A DNA stretch of 63,078 bases, the filler included, from Octopus bimaculoides (Eukaryota), in the NCBI RefSeq assembly GCF_001194135.2. It is 6 parts of 6 records of this genome, joined end to end, with 100 filler letters (N's around TTAATTAATTAA, not from the genome) between each part and the next. Parts side by side here need not be neighbours in the genome. Positions count along the whole stretch, not along the records: positions 1 to 13,958 come from NC_068983.1; positions 14,059 to 22,863 come from NC_068997.1; positions 22,964 to 38,380 come from NC_068992.1; 3 more parts are not named here. One strand, 5' to 3'. Position numbers and translations under genes: made by a program. Each line of letters opens with the position of its first letter. Position 1 is the first letter of the stretch. The notes below the pieces were generated by a model, which was given only the letters and a program-made list of their open reading frames with translations, made no database searches and had not been told where the DNA came from. Below are positions 11,490 to 24,512 of the stretch, piece after piece.

Positions 11490-12469
11490 NNNNNNNNNNN
11501 NNNNNNNNNNNNNNNNNNNNNNNNNNNNNNNNNNNNNNNNNNNNNNNNNNNNNNNNNNNNNNNNNNNNNNNNNNNNNNNNNNNNNNNNNNNNNNNNNNNN
11601 NNNNNNNNNNNNNNNNNNNNNNNNNNNNNNNNNNNNNNNNNNNNNNNNNNNNNNNNNNNNNNNNNNNNNNNNNNNNNNNNNNNNNNNNNNNNNNNNNNNN
11701 NNNNNNNNNNNNNNNNNNNNNNNNNNNNNNNNNNNNNNNNNNNNNNNNNNNNNNNNNNNNNNNNNNNNNNNNNNNNNNNNNNNNNNNNNNNNNNNNNNNN
11801 NNNNNNNNNNNNNNNNNNNNNNNNNNNNNNNNNNNNNNNNNNNNNNNNNNNNNNNNNNNNNNNNNNNNNNNNNNNNNNNNNNNNNNNNNNNNNNNNNNNN
11901 NTATATATATAGTGTGTGTGTGCGTGCGCGCGCGCGCGTTTGTGTGTGTGTGTGTGTGTGCGCGCGCGCGCGTGTTTGTGTATGTGTATATATAAAGCAA
12001 TACTATTTAATTTGTTACGTGTGCTATCCCTGGTTTTGCTACCTTGGTCTTCAGGCCCTGTGTATGTTAAAAGAATGAGAAATTTTTTGAAAAGGCATTT
12101 TTCAATTTTTCACTTTCATGAAGATGAATTAGTGAATGTGAATTATTTTTCCTGGACTGTGGCAATGAACTCATTGGGAACAAGCCTTGTAAATTATTTG
12201 ATGTTGAGGGGAAACGAAAATATTAACAGTTTTTAAGGGAGATTAACCTCTACAATAGAAGAGGAATAATAGGAGTAGGGAAGGAGAAGATAGATGAACG
12301 ACAGAAGAGCAAATGTATGCATAAAAATATAAGTAAAGCAGGTAAATGGTAGACGGACGAATGTTAGGAGAGCACGGAGTAAAGAGCAAAGAAAACTTTA
12401 GCTGAATCAGTATCAGGTGTCTGCGCATATATATAGTCTACTCCTTATGCATAGTTTGACAACCTCTTG

Positions 12470-12935
12470 TACTTACACCTTAGATCCATCATGGCGTCTG
12501 ATGTGGCTTTTTAAACCAGACAATGTATTGAAAAGATACCCACGAAGATTGTATATCTGATTTGGCCAGCCAAGAGCTGCAGTTAAGTTCTGATCTTTGT
12601 GGATCTTAAAATGCCTTTTGAGGCCTACGTTAGATTTGCAGACCTTATGAAATACATGGCATTGAAAGGTGTGCAAAGATATATAGGCAGAGTAGTTGGT
12701 GGAGGTTCATTTTTCATGGGTCCGCAAATAAGATTTGAGACCAGCAAAAAACAAAAAACAAAAACAGAAAACAACAAAACGGCATGGTCTGTCACAGACT
12801 GCACACAAAAACGTCGCTGTAATTCACCTTCTCGAGGCTTTCTGAATCTTATGCCGTGGAAAATGAAGTAAAGCAAGGAGAGACCTTGATGCATCCACCC
12901 TCTTTGCAATATACGTTGCTGTTGTTCTGTCACAC
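12470..12935 (-). mobile_element. RTE-like LINE 3' fragment with two decayed C2H2 zinc fingers
   Basis: RGWMHQGLS..IRFRKPREGELQRR (W...+..G...F....R..RR pattern of RTE ORF ends) followed by FQCHVFHKVCKSNVGLKRHFKIH and FNTLSGLKSHIRRH. Frameshifted. Confidence 0.6.
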
Positions 12936-13794
12936 GCTTTTCAAAACTCCGAGAAGGGTAATTTACATAAAAAATCGAACAAGGAATGTTTTTAATCTGA
13001 TCAGACTGAGATTCAAAACAAAATTTTTTACTTCAATTGCGATCTAGTCAGTCATTCTGAAACAGGTCTGCAGTCTCTTGTACCTGCATTTGACTCGGCT
13101 TGTGATGATTTTAGTTTGACTATCAACTCGACCCCCCCCCCGCAAAAAAAAAAAACAGTTGTAATGTATCATCCTTCACGTGGTGCTGTTTGGAAGCTCC
13201 CTCTAAAATTTTCGTTAAGGGTACGTTACTTGAGGTTGTTGACTCTTTCATCTACCTCAGAAGTTCTGTACAAAATGATGGAAATCTGGATACAAAAATA
13301 CATCTGTGAATTCAGAGGGCAACCCAAGCATTTGGTGGTTTGCAGTCACGCATTTAGCACCAACGACACACGCACACACACACACACGTATCGATGCAAA
13401 TTTGCTTCGACGAAATGTCAAGGGTCCTAAAAACTTTGCTTGAACCGGGGTCTTCTTAAATCCCAAAAGTAAGATGTTTAGTCGATGCCTTCATGAGAAA
13501 AAAAATTCATGTTAGAGATATGGTATTCCCCGCTTGCTGACTATGGGAACGGAGACCGTGTATAAACTGGTTCTTTTCGGGTTCAACCGGTCAAAGGGAG
13601 ATAATTCTACTTTGAAAAATTTCGTTTGACTTTTTTTTACCTACAACCCCAGCTAACCAAGACTGTATTCCTACTTCCATCAGTAGAGAGGTTATGTGCC
13701 CCTCCAGCTAGCATGTTTGCCGAGTTACCGATATTACTAAGAGCATAATAGGAGCGAAACTAATAGTAACTCTTCACAGCCATAATCAACGACT

Positions 13795-13922
13795 ACTGGC
13801 TGTCTGGTTCTGGGTTCAGTCCCACTGCTTGGTATCATGGGCAAGTGTCTTCTACTATAGCCTCGGACTGACCAAAGCTTTGTGAGTGGATTTGGCAGAC
13901 GGAAACTGAATAAAAGCTTGCC

Positions 13923-13935
<13 letters not shown>
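13795..13935 (+). mobile_element. SINE family B head
   Basis: gggttcagtcccactgc..gggcaagtgtcttctactatagcc..gacggaaactga. Confidence 0.75.
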
Positions 13936-13958
<23 letters not shown>

Positions 13959-14058
13959 NNNNNNNNNNNNNNNNNNNNNNNNNNNNNNNNNNNNNNNNNN
14001 NNTTAATTAATTAANNNNNNNNNNNNNNNNNNNNNNNNNNNNNNNNNNNNNNNNNNNN
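13959..14058. other. Assembly linker 44N-TTAATTAATTAA-44N
   Basis: Exactly 100 nt; the 12-mer gives stop codons in all six frames. Confidence 0.93.
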
Positions 14059-14199
14059 TCACTTCACCTTTACCTCGTATGCGAGAAAAACTCAAACACA
14101 ACGAAAATCTCTTTCAGTCTTCATTAACTCCATGGTGCTGTGAAAGTTTTTCATAATGATGATGATGATCATCCTTTTTTTTTTTTTCCTGCTTCTCCT

Positions 14200-14415
14200 C
14201 TTCTTTCTTCTCCTTAATATATTGGTTTCACATTTTGGCACAAAGTCAAGAATTTCTGGGGAGGGGCTCAATAGATTAATTCGACCCCAAAGCTCAACTG
14301 ATACTTATTTCATCGATCGACCCCGAAAGGATGAAAGGCAAAAATCGACCCCGGTGGTATTTCAATCCCGAAAGTAAAGACGGCCGAAATGCCGCTAAGC
14401 ATTTTGCTCGGCGGC
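14200..14415 (-). mobile_element. SINE family A
   Basis: cgaccccgaaaggatgaaaggcaaaa..gccgctaagcattt is the reverse complement of core and head. Confidence 0.78.
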
Positions 14416-14514
14416 GTCCTATCGATTCTGTCTGTTTGCTGCTCTTCTACTTAATATTATTCACATATTCACTTCACTTCATGTCAAGTCACAGTTCGAT
14501 TCCGCAGTTTAAAG

Positions 14515-14661
14515 ACGCAACGATTTTTTCAACACATACGATGTTCCAAGTATTGCTGTCAACCGAATATTTCCTATGAAGTTTGGCTTCTGCGGCTTTT
14601 GATCCCAGAATATTGGTGTCTTTGAGATGGCACCAGCTGCACCGATCACAGTAGATACCAC

Positions 14662-14663
<2 letters not shown>
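14515..14663 (-). mobile_element. Second RLE LINE, extreme 3' coding end
   Basis: Minus strand reads VVSTVIGAAGAISK...IRLTAILGTSYVLKKSLRL*, matching the VVIGALGA...TALLGT..ILRKVL C-terminus of R4/Dong-like ORFs. Confidence 0.7.
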
Positions 14664-14692
<29 letters not shown>

Positions 14693-14777
14693 CTTCTTCT
14701 TCTTCTTCTTCTTCTTCTTCTTCTTCTTCTTCTTCTTCTTCTTCTTCTTCTTCTTCTTCTTCTTCTTCTTCTTCTTC
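14664..14777. repeat. (TTC)n microsatellite, about 38 units
   Basis: Perfect trinucleotide run. Confidence 0.95.
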
Positions 14778-15059
14778 ACTAAGGTTCCAGCTGTTCACTA
14801 CCAGTGAACTAAGGGTAACACCCCTAAATTTACAGTCACCATCCGCAGTATTCAGGCAGTTCGAAGCGCGCCACCCTTATAAATTAGGTACCAATTGCAT
14901 ACTGGGGTCCATCTAATCCATTGGACCTCCCCACCTCCAAATATTTCGGGCCGTGTGCCTAGAGTAGAAAAAAATAACAATTTCATACTCAGTTGCAAAT
15001 GTTACACTGTACGGTTATTATGTACGTTATATACATAATTATATTATTAGAAAGCTGTT

Positions 15060-15275
15060 TGAAGGTACACTCTTATTTCCTGCTTCTGTTGTGCCTGTAA
15101 TTCAAAGGGTCAGCCTTGTCACACTGTGTCACGCTGAATATCCCCGAGAACTACGTTAAAGGTACACCTGTCTGTGAAGTGCTCAGTCACTTGCACGTTA
15201 ATTTCACGAGCAGGCTGTTCCGTTGATCGGATCAACTGGAACCCTCGACGTCGTAAGCGACAGAATGCCAACAAT
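15060..15275 (+). mobile_element. SINE family C tail fragment
   Basis: Reverse complement of the 11185 and 57925 body. Confidence 0.75.
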
Positions 15276-15732
15276 AGATAACATTACCACGTTTGGCAAA
15301 AATCAGTGAACATTTTGTTTACTGGCTTCCATATCCGATCGAATAATTTTCAGCTTAAATCAAAATGTCAGGGGTTGTTAGCCACTGACGAAACTAAACG
15401 ATACCAAAACACCGTGCCTGACACTCTGGCTACGATATACTTAGCGAACGTTGCATTTTTTAACACAGAATTCTTTTTATTTTACAAGTTTTCTGAAATA
15501 TAAATATCACAGCCCGTGTCGTTTCACGTGTGTACATACATTATGAATGTCAAAAACATCCGCCATTTTAATGCAAACTCATATGTGTATGTATATATGT
15601 AAATATATATATATATATATGTGCGTGTGTGTGTGTGTGTGTGTGTTTGTGTATACGTGTGCGTGTATGTTTTGTGTATGTGCTTATGAGTATGTGCTAA
15701 AGCATATACAAATTAGATACTATACATATATA

Positions 15733-15768
<36 letters not shown>

Positions 15769-15937
15769 TATACACATAGCTATATGATCACATACGCATA
15801 CACATCAACAAAAGTGTGTATATACATTTGAGTGCATGCATATAAATGTTATTAGAAATTACATACAGCAGATACACAGTTAATCAGTCATACATGAATA
15901 TGTGTAAGTACATATTTGTATGTATAATTTTAAATGC

Positions 15938-15971
<34 letters not shown>

Positions 15972-16417
15972 CCGAGTTTCTGTGTATGCAGGTGCGAGTG
16001 CGCGTGTGAGTCTGTCTGTGTGTGAATAAGAACACTTAAAAAATGTTGACGCATTAGCTGATTAATATTGTCCCTGCCAAAATATTTGTCACTGTTTGGC
16101 ATTTCATGTTCAAGATTGCTTTAAACGCCTACGTGCATACACAAACATACAAACATACGAAAACGCACAAAAACACACACACACAAACGCACACACACGT
16201 ATATACATACACGCACATACACGCGCTTACACGCGCTTACACGCACACGGACAAACACACAAACGAACACACGCACACACTCACGTACACTTACACACAT
16301 ATGCAGACATATTAAAGCATTAAATACAGTCACACACATACATATACACAACATACACATACATACACATAAACATGTGTGCATATACATATATAATTAT
16401 ATACATATATGTTTATT

Positions 16418-16460
<43 letters not shown>

Positions 16461-17260
16461 NNNNNNNNNNNNNNNNNNNNNNNNNNNNNNNNNNNNNNNN
16501 NNNNNNNNNNNNNNNNNNNNNNNNNNNNNNNNNNNNNNNNNNNNNNNNNNNNNNNNNNNNNNNNNNNNNNNNNNNNNNNNNNNNNNNNNNNNNNNNNNNN
16601 NNNNNNNNNNNNNNNNNNNNNNNNNNNNNNNNNNNNNNNNNNNNNNNNNNNNNNNNNNNNNNNNNNNNNNNNNNNNNNNNNNNNNNNNNNNNNNNNNNNN
16701 NNNNNNNNNNNNNNNNNNNNNNNNNNNNNNNNNNNNNNNNNNNNNNNNNNNNNNNNNNNNNNNNNNNNNNNNNNNNNNNNNNNNNNNNNNNNNNNNNNNN
16801 NNNNNNNNNNNNNNNNNNNNNNNNNNNNNNNNNNNNNNNNNNNNNNNNNNNNNNNNNNNNNNNNNNNNNNNNNNNNNNNNNNNNNNNNNNNNNNNNNNNN
16901 NNNNNNNNNNNNNNNNNNNNNNNNNNNNNNNNNNNNNNNNNNNNNNNNNNNNNNNNNNNNNNNNNNNNNNNNNNNNNNNNNNNNNNNNNNNNNNNNNNNN
17001 NNNNNNNNNNNNNNNNNNNNNNNNNNNNNNNNNNNNNNNNNNNNNNNNNNNNNNNNNNNNNNNNNNNNNNNNNNNNNNNNNNNNNNNNNNNNNNNNNNNN
17101 NNNNNNNNNNNNNNNNNNNNNNNNNNNNNNNNNNNNNNNNNNNNNNNNNNNNNNNNNNNNNNNNNNNNNNNNNNNNNNNNNNNNNNNNNNNNNNNNNNNN
17201 NNNNNNNNNNNNNNNNNNNNNNNNNNNNNNNNNNNNNNNNNNNNNNNNNNNNNNNNNNNN

Positions 17261-17293
<33 letters not shown>

Positions 17294-17834
17294 TATGCAT
17301 ATAGGTATACATAAAGATCCCCAGTATACATAATTATATGTGTGTATCTGTGTATGTTTGTATGTATGTATGTATGTATGTATATATGTATCTATGTGTG
17401 TAAAGATCGAACCAAAGAAGCTAAAATTGCCAATGAAATCTGGCCAGCAAAGCGTTTCTCGTTTAACGCATCAGTGAACATCTAAAAGCTGTAATTTATT
17501 AAAAGACTCATACTGTTAAATGATCATTTTCGCATCTAAGTGCTTAAAAAAAATACAGAAAATTGAGTGTGCTCTGCATATTGGGCATAAGTATCTGTCA
17601 CCACTCAATGCTATCATATAGGATGAGAAGAAAAATAAAATGTGTTAGTAGAAGTAGAGTCAATCGTACGATTGTTTCTTGCACCTAATCACCACGTAAC
17701 ACACCTGAAAGTATGGCTTCGTTAAGAGAATGAAAAAAATTAAAATCAAACAAGACTACTTGAACAGTACTAAACAGACTAAACTGAACGTAAGAGCTGC
17801 CGAGTAAATATACAAAATGATTGATAGAAATAAC

Positions 17835-18415
17835 GGATCTTTTTTAAAACGGGGGCCACATTTTTCATTAATGTTTTACGTAGTGTTTTTGGTACCGAAA
17901 GACTTTCAAACTTCGTATACTTATCTATTTTGTGTTATAGAACAGAAAAATATTTTTGTATTCGAATTTATTTCATGTAAAAAATTGTCTTATTTCGATA
18001 ATTTCAACCAATCACTGACAAGTATTCAGTTGTTTACATTTACTCCTTTGGCTCACTAAGCGATGTAAAGCGTATTTAATCTCCATACCTTCGTTTTATT
18101 TGCTTTTTTCATTTTAAATTTGCTTTAACCCTAACCCTAACCCTAACCCTAGGGCTAGGGTTAGGGTTAGGGTTAATTGTTTCAGAATCGTTTGTTTATG
18201 TAGTCGGCACTTAATGTATATCGGCTGAATGGACGTCAGTGTTTGGTTGAAATTACAAAAAATACGACAACTTTAACATGGAATAATTTATGGATTTCTT
18301 TTTTTTTTAAGAAGACTAAGAGAAAAAGATGTTTTATATGACACATTCTACCAGTGTTCCAAGTTTCAAAGTGTTTCGTTAATGAAAAATGTGGCCCCCG
18401 TTTTAAAAAAGATCC
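17835..18415. mobile_element. Non-autonomous TIR element (Merlin-like MITE) with central telomeric-repeat palindrome
   Basis: Perfect 37-bp TIRs ggatcttttttaaaacgggggccacatttttcattaa and 8-bp TSD gaaataac (17827-34, 18416-23). GG...CC ends with an 8-bp TSD fit Merlin; hAT and P also make 8-bp TSDs. Confidence 0.85.
18125..18176. repeat. Telomeric-repeat palindrome, about (CCCTAA)4(TTAGGG)4
   Basis: ttaaccctaaccctaaccctaaccct|agggctagggttagggttagggttaa; 52 nt, one mismatch. Confidence 0.95.
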
Positions 18416-18968
18416 GAAATAACAGCTAAAGTTGTCTTGCATCACATACAACTGAATTGACAAAATTTGGATGTTGGCAAATTTGTTTCTTAGACACTAT
18501 CTGAGAAGAAAAATCAAAGCGGGATGGTCAAGAATAGATGATGATTTTTGTGTGTATAGACTGACATGTGGTTAAACAATAATGACAAGAACTTTAAGTG
18601 GTATCTGTATGCGACTATATCAACTAAGTAGAAGTCAAAGCTAAAGTTCATTTTGATGAAATATGGGACGGGGTCGTTGACTATACTTTTACGCAATGTC
18701 TTTGCCCAATAGTTCAACCCTAGAACGTCTTTGTTCTTTGATCTTAACATGAAGTCCTATCAGAGATGAAGAAACGCAATAGCTAGAAGAACGACGACAA
18801 AATCAACAAGGACGATAACGAGGACAAGAACAACAATAACTGTTAGACAAACCATTTCTCGATGAGGAATAAATGGGCTTTTGTATGATACTACTCTCTC
18901 TAACATAAATCGGTACATTCTAATGATCGTCCAAACCTAAAAGCTAAGTTTAATAACGTTGACAAGCC

Positions 18969-19147
18969 TGTGATATCATATAAAATATGACATCATATAA
19001 AATGTGATATCATATAAAATGTGATATCATATAATATGTGATATCATATAAAATATGATATCATATAAAATGTGATATATAAAATATGATATCATATAAA
19101 ATATGATATATAAAATATAATATCATATAAAATGTGATATATAAAAT
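18969..19147. repeat. Minisatellite, about 17-bp unit t(g/a)tgatatcatataaaa, about 11 copies
   Basis: Direct inspection; some units are 14-bp deletion variants. Confidence 0.9.
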
Positions 19148-20623
19148 GCTAAAGATATGGCATGCAAATTAGTAGCGCCAATTCTCGAAAACTACTAAGC
19201 TTGTTAAGTATAGCAACCGATTGGTTGCTTTGTTTGTCTGGGATTGGTTAAATTGATGTAAACATCTCTGATGAGAATAAAATGAGGGACGAAAATCGTA
19301 TAAGGCTGTTCATTTTTCCAATATGCGGAAAGATAATTAAATTTGCCCTGTTCATATATATATTACAAAAGTTATATATCCATATATATTTCAGAGAGAA
19401 CACCTTTGATTGTAGATCAACCAAGAGATAAACAATAGTGGTTTCTGAGGGGAGGGATTTAGTGGAAGCCATTGACTCCAGTACATGACTGGTACTTTAT
19501 TTTTATTAAAAACAGAGTTTAATAAAAGTTTTTGATCTCATAATATATGGACGCGGACGGCGCTCCAACGTCTTCACCAGCTTTCCACCTTACAGCTAAA
19601 GAATAGTAATAATCGCGACGGGATCTGAGACCAACTTACAATCCCCGTTAAGACTTACATTTTTGCAGACAAGCATTTAATTGTTATAGAATTTATTTTG
19701 CAAGAATTTTGCTGCGAAATAGTTTGTTGGCACGGATATTATAATAAACAATTTGCCCATAAACATACGCAATATTTGTAGTATTGTTAAGTAATAAATT
19801 AATCTATTAACTAATACATTAATCTATTAACTAACTATTGATCATTTTCTTACAAAATTTTCTTTAAACTCTTTCGACTTTTGCAATTATGTAAATGAGT
19901 TTTCATTCCCCAATTGATTCAGGATCAGAAGTAATTTATACGAAAGAATAGGTCTCAAGAGTATGGTAAAAAAATTAATTAATTAATTGGTTAGTTGACA
20001 ATAAACCTATTAGTAGATAACAAACAATGAAATGTGTTTATTGGGAAAATGTACAATGAAACATTAATAAGAGAATAAAAGAAACAATATAGAGTTTCTA
20101 CTTTGTAACAAATAGTATAGTGACTAACAGATATAAATCAGCCAATATTAGCTTTCTAGTCTTGCTTTTTAGTTTCTAAATCTGCCAAGGTCAACTTTGT
20201 CTTTCATCTCTCCCCTAAGTACTGATGATGAAGCTTGCAATTAAATTCCTCGCCTAAAAAGAATGCTGAAGTTGTACTTATAATAGAAACAAATATTTTG
20301 AGGGCAAAATTATGGCTGAATTGTATGAATGACAGGCAATAGGCTTTGTAGTATTTTTTCTTCTCCCGTCATAGTTTCTGAACTTGGATCTCTGCATGGA
20401 ATTATAACTACCATAGCAACAATAACAATTACAGCAACGGCAAACACAAAAAGGTAGCCTCTAAGTGGTCAGTAGACCACCCTGAATAACAATTATATCT
20501 CCCTCAAATCACATACGCCATTTTGAACGAAGCAAGTCACATGAATATGTAATCATAGCTCCTTGTGTCNNNNNNNNNNNNNNNNNNNNNNNATATATAT
20601 ATATATATGTATATGTATATGTA

Positions 20624-20662
<39 letters not shown>

Positions 20663-20752
20663 GTATATATGTATATATGTATATACACACATGGATAGAC
20701 GTGTGTGAGTGTTGTGTGTATATGTAGGTGTATATATATGTATTCGTATGTA

Positions 20753-21001
20753 TTCAGTTGGTGCATAATTATTGTGGCTGTTTTTCAACAAATTTTTTTC
20801 AATAAAAACAATAACAACATGTAACAAAAACATCTTTAAACGGTCATTCCGGAGCATATTCACCATCTACTTCGATCATTGCTCCCCATTTGCTTGGTGG
20901 ACGGTCAGACCGTCATTTAAAGATGTTTTGTTAAGTATTGTTATTGTTTTTGTGGAATAAATTCGTTGAAATCTAGCCGCAATAATTATGCACCAACCCA
21001 A
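20753..21001. mobile_element. Mariner-derived foldback MITE
   Basis: TA flanks at 20751 and 21002. TIRs tt(ca/gg)gttggtgcataattattg(t/c)ggct resemble the Hsmar1/MADE1 TIR. Arms are about 100 bp inverted. The spacer reads PSKWGAMIEVDGEYAPE* on the minus strand, like a mariner transposase C-terminus. Confidence 0.8.
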
Positions 21002-22863
21002 TATTTACACACATAAGTGCATACTTATGCATTTTTCTACAAACATTCACATGCGCACATATATTCATATATATTACTTTCTAACATAATGATGTATCTT
21101 CACGGATAGGATGAATTTTCCTATAGGGCAGGTTCATACAAACAGAGTTGGTGTGAAATAAGACCTACAGCTGCCTCTTCGACGCTACAAACAGCCGCAA
21201 CACATTAACATCTAAACAATCTAAATTAACATAAATGTTGGTGAAAAGTACATCTGTGATTTTATTTACAAAATACCACATCTACATACAGAAACATACT
21301 CATCCACATTCATAAGTTACACACACAAACATACATGTAGCTGTGTATGTATAGACAGAGAGGCAGAAAATGGTAAAGAACAAAAACTACAGAAATTAGC
21401 AAGTTTTAAAAAATCAATAACCCATATATAAAAAGTATATATATATATATNNNNNNNNNNNNNNNNNNNNNNNNNNNNNNNNNNNNNNNNNNNNNNNNNN
21501 NNNNNNNNNNNNNNNNNNNNNNNNNNNNNNNNNNNNNNNNNNNNNNNNNNNNNNNNNNNNNNNNNNNNNNNNNNNNNNNNNNNNNNNNNNNNNNNNNNNN
21601 NNNNNNNNNNNNNNNNNNNNNNNNNNNNNNNNNNNNNNNNNNNNNNNNNNNNNNNNNNNNNNNNNNNNNNNNNNNNNNNNNNNNNNNNNNNNNNNNNNNN
21701 NNNNNNNNNNNNNNNNNNNNNNNNNNNNNNNNNNNNNNNNNNNNNNNNNNNNNNNNNNNNNNNNNNNNNNNNNNNNNNNNNNNNNNNNNNNNNNNNNNNN
21801 NNNNNNNNNNNNNNNNNNNNNNNNNNNNNNNNNNNNNNNNNNNNNNNNNNNNNNNNNNNNNNNNNNNNNNNNNNNNNNNNNNNNNNNNNNNNNNNNNNNN
21901 NNNNNNNNNNNNNNNNNNNTCTTTTAAATAATAAAATAACTTTATATTTCTGTGGACAGTTTCCTAGATGAGATAATTTGAAATGATTTATTAGTCTTCT
22001 ACCTTATAACTATTAAATCTATAGTACAAGAACAACCAGAGACGTAATTCTTTTATTTTTTTATGTGTTTCAACTCAAAGGCTGTAGTCATGCTGGAGCA
22101 CAAGTTGCTACGTTGAGAGATTTCATATTTACTGGTATCTCACGCTGTGTTGGAGACACAAACACTCACACATGTACGTACAAACGTATCCGTGTATACA
22201 TATATTTATATGTGTATGCGAACGTATCCCACGTACGTCTTTTTCTGGCTCCCTTCTTTTTACTTTTCTTCCTATCCTTCTGTTCACTACTTCTGGTATC
22301 TGAAAATATATGTTCGAAACGTGATACGTTTGACTCTAAACCTTGTACTTCTTTGATTTTTCCTTATGCATCAACCTAATAAGATTAACTGTAAACGTCT
22401 CTTGCAGGTTTGTAATTTATTACTATTTGCTATTTGTATTTGTGTGGCAAACGTGTATTGGTTATATATTAGAAGCAGTTCGAGCATGCGTGCATCAACT
22501 TCTGAAAACTTGGTTTTAAAAATGTGTCCTTCTAGTCAACTTTGCTTCTCCTAGTGGTCGCAGCTATTACAAGCGAGATAATTATTTCGTCATAGTATGG
22601 AAAAAGTTTAGAAACTTGAAATTGAAATTTAGGAAATATAAGAAAAAAGAGGCATACCATCCACTTTTTAATTCTTTATTTCTTTTTTGTCGTTGGTAAT
22701 CATACCAAGAATATATGTAGGTGTTATGGTTTATATGGGAATTGAAAATACTGGAGAACGTTAAATACTGGAAAATTTCAGGGTAATTTCACATTAAAAC
22801 TTGATAAAAAATATCAAGATTGTCCAGTTTTCGGTTTACATATCTAAATATAGATACAAATGT

Positions 22864-22963
22864 NNNNNNNNNNNNNNNNNNNNNNNNNNNNNNNNNNNNN
22901 NNNNNNNTTAATTAATTAANNNNNNNNNNNNNNNNNNNNNNNNNNNNNNNNNNNNNNNNNNNN
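22864..22963. other. Assembly linker
   Basis: Identical 100-nt structure. Confidence 0.93.
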
Positions 22964-23025
<62 letters not shown>

Positions 23026-24439
23026 AGAATGAGAGGGCGAAAGAGAGATATTGATATGCATTTATAATGTATATGCCATATGTACGCAAGTAAACATTCG
23101 CATATATTTCACAGTAAAAAGATGGAGACATAGAGAATGACAGACAAACAGATAGAAAGACAGACCGGTAAACAAACAGCAAAGGAAAACTTATAGTGAT
23201 ACGTTTATTATTGTTAGGCATTCAGTTTCTCCAGTTACAAAATACTTATAAAGGAGAATATTTCTTTTGTATTCCGCTGCAGATGTTTGGTTGTGCTGTT
23301 CATTAAGACTCACTCCAAACACTTATCATAGTGCTAGCTTGTATGGTGGCTCTACAAGACCAATGGAAATTGTTACATGAGCTTTTTTTTTTCTCTTTCT
23401 TCTTTGCTCAGTTGAAGCTATCGAGTTTAGAGAATCATTTATGTTGAAAGTGCGCCATGCAACTACAATAGAAGAAACGTGCTCCCGATTCCATTAATTG
23501 TTTCTTATATAAATAACAAAATATATAAATTATTGTTCGCAACCACATGTGTTGCGTGTTTGTGTACGTGTAGATGCGTGTACATATTGTGGTATGGTGT
23601 GTGTATTCCTGTTGCTGTGCACGTGCATGTGTGTGTGTGCGTGTGTGTATGTGCATGTGCTTTGCTTTGCTTATGTGTTAGTATGTGTACGTATTTTTTT
23701 CTTCGTGTATGTGTATATTTGTGTCTCTGTGCCACTCTCATAGCTAGGACGCCAGACAGTAGGATGGTATGCCTCAGGCGGCACTTTTGGGTCTGCTGTA
23801 GGCAATATTTTTTGTTTGTGGAGTCCGGGGCCGACAAACGGAAGAGCCACCTCTGGCATCACACACTTTAGCAACACTAGTGTTCTGTGCCTGTGTCTTG
23901 CTGTCACTGTTTACTTGATGTTCTCATACGCGCATATGCGCCACCTTGTGCCTCTGCACACTCCACCTATGTATATGTTCCTGCGTGTGTATCATCTTGC
24001 GCGTGATCCCATACTCGCATATGTATGCACTTCCGTGCGCGCATGTGTGTGTGTGTGTGTGTATGTGCATGTGTGCGTATCGGCGTTTTTGTATGAGTTT
24101 GTGTACCGTATCAACTATGTGTTTGGATGTTATATATTTGCCTGTGTGTTTTTGTGTATGCGTGTATGCAAGTGTGCGTGTGCGGGATGTGTGAGTGTGT
24201 GAGTGCCTGTGTTTCTCTGCAATTATGTGGTGTATGTGTGTTTCTGCTCTGTAGGTTAACTATATGTGTTTGTGTATGCGTAAATCTACGTATACATAAG
24301 TGTATATATATGCGTGTGTGCATCTGTATAATCATGTGTGCGTATGCTTTTGGCTATGTATTACTGTTGTACAACTCCCATGCAGATGGTCTTAAACTAT
24401 TTACTTGTCTCTATGTATGTAGCTGTATACGTCTATTCA

Positions 24440-24512
<73 letters not shown>

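Noticed and set aside
12473-12676. Functional host C2H2 zinc-finger gene
   Set aside because: Zinc-binding cysteines are lost, the frame is disrupted, and it is contiguous with a LINE-like tail.
13177-13182. CACGTG E-box as an MLX autoregulatory site
   Set aside because: A single hexamer is expected by chance, and it lies in a different assembly block from MLX.
14003-14014. TTAATTAATTAA as a homeodomain site or biological repeat
   Set aside because: It is always centred in exactly 44 N on each side, so it is an assembly spacer.
14489-14779. Poly-lysine ORF
   Set aside because: It is an (AAG)n microsatellite fused to a LINE fragment read in another frame.
16330-17333. Longest ORFs in the track (about 300 aa) and others spanning N runs
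   Set aside because: They are open only because N codons and (TA)n repeats contain no stops.
18125-18176. Ancestral telomere-telomere fusion site
   Set aside because: The orientation is opposite to a fusion scar, and it sits inside a TIR/TSD-bounded element.
19520-19665. Minus-strand exon candidate AVRWKAGEDVGAPSASIYYEIKNFY*
   Set aside because: The upstream partner exon hits a stop within about 8 codons and there is no recognisable homology.
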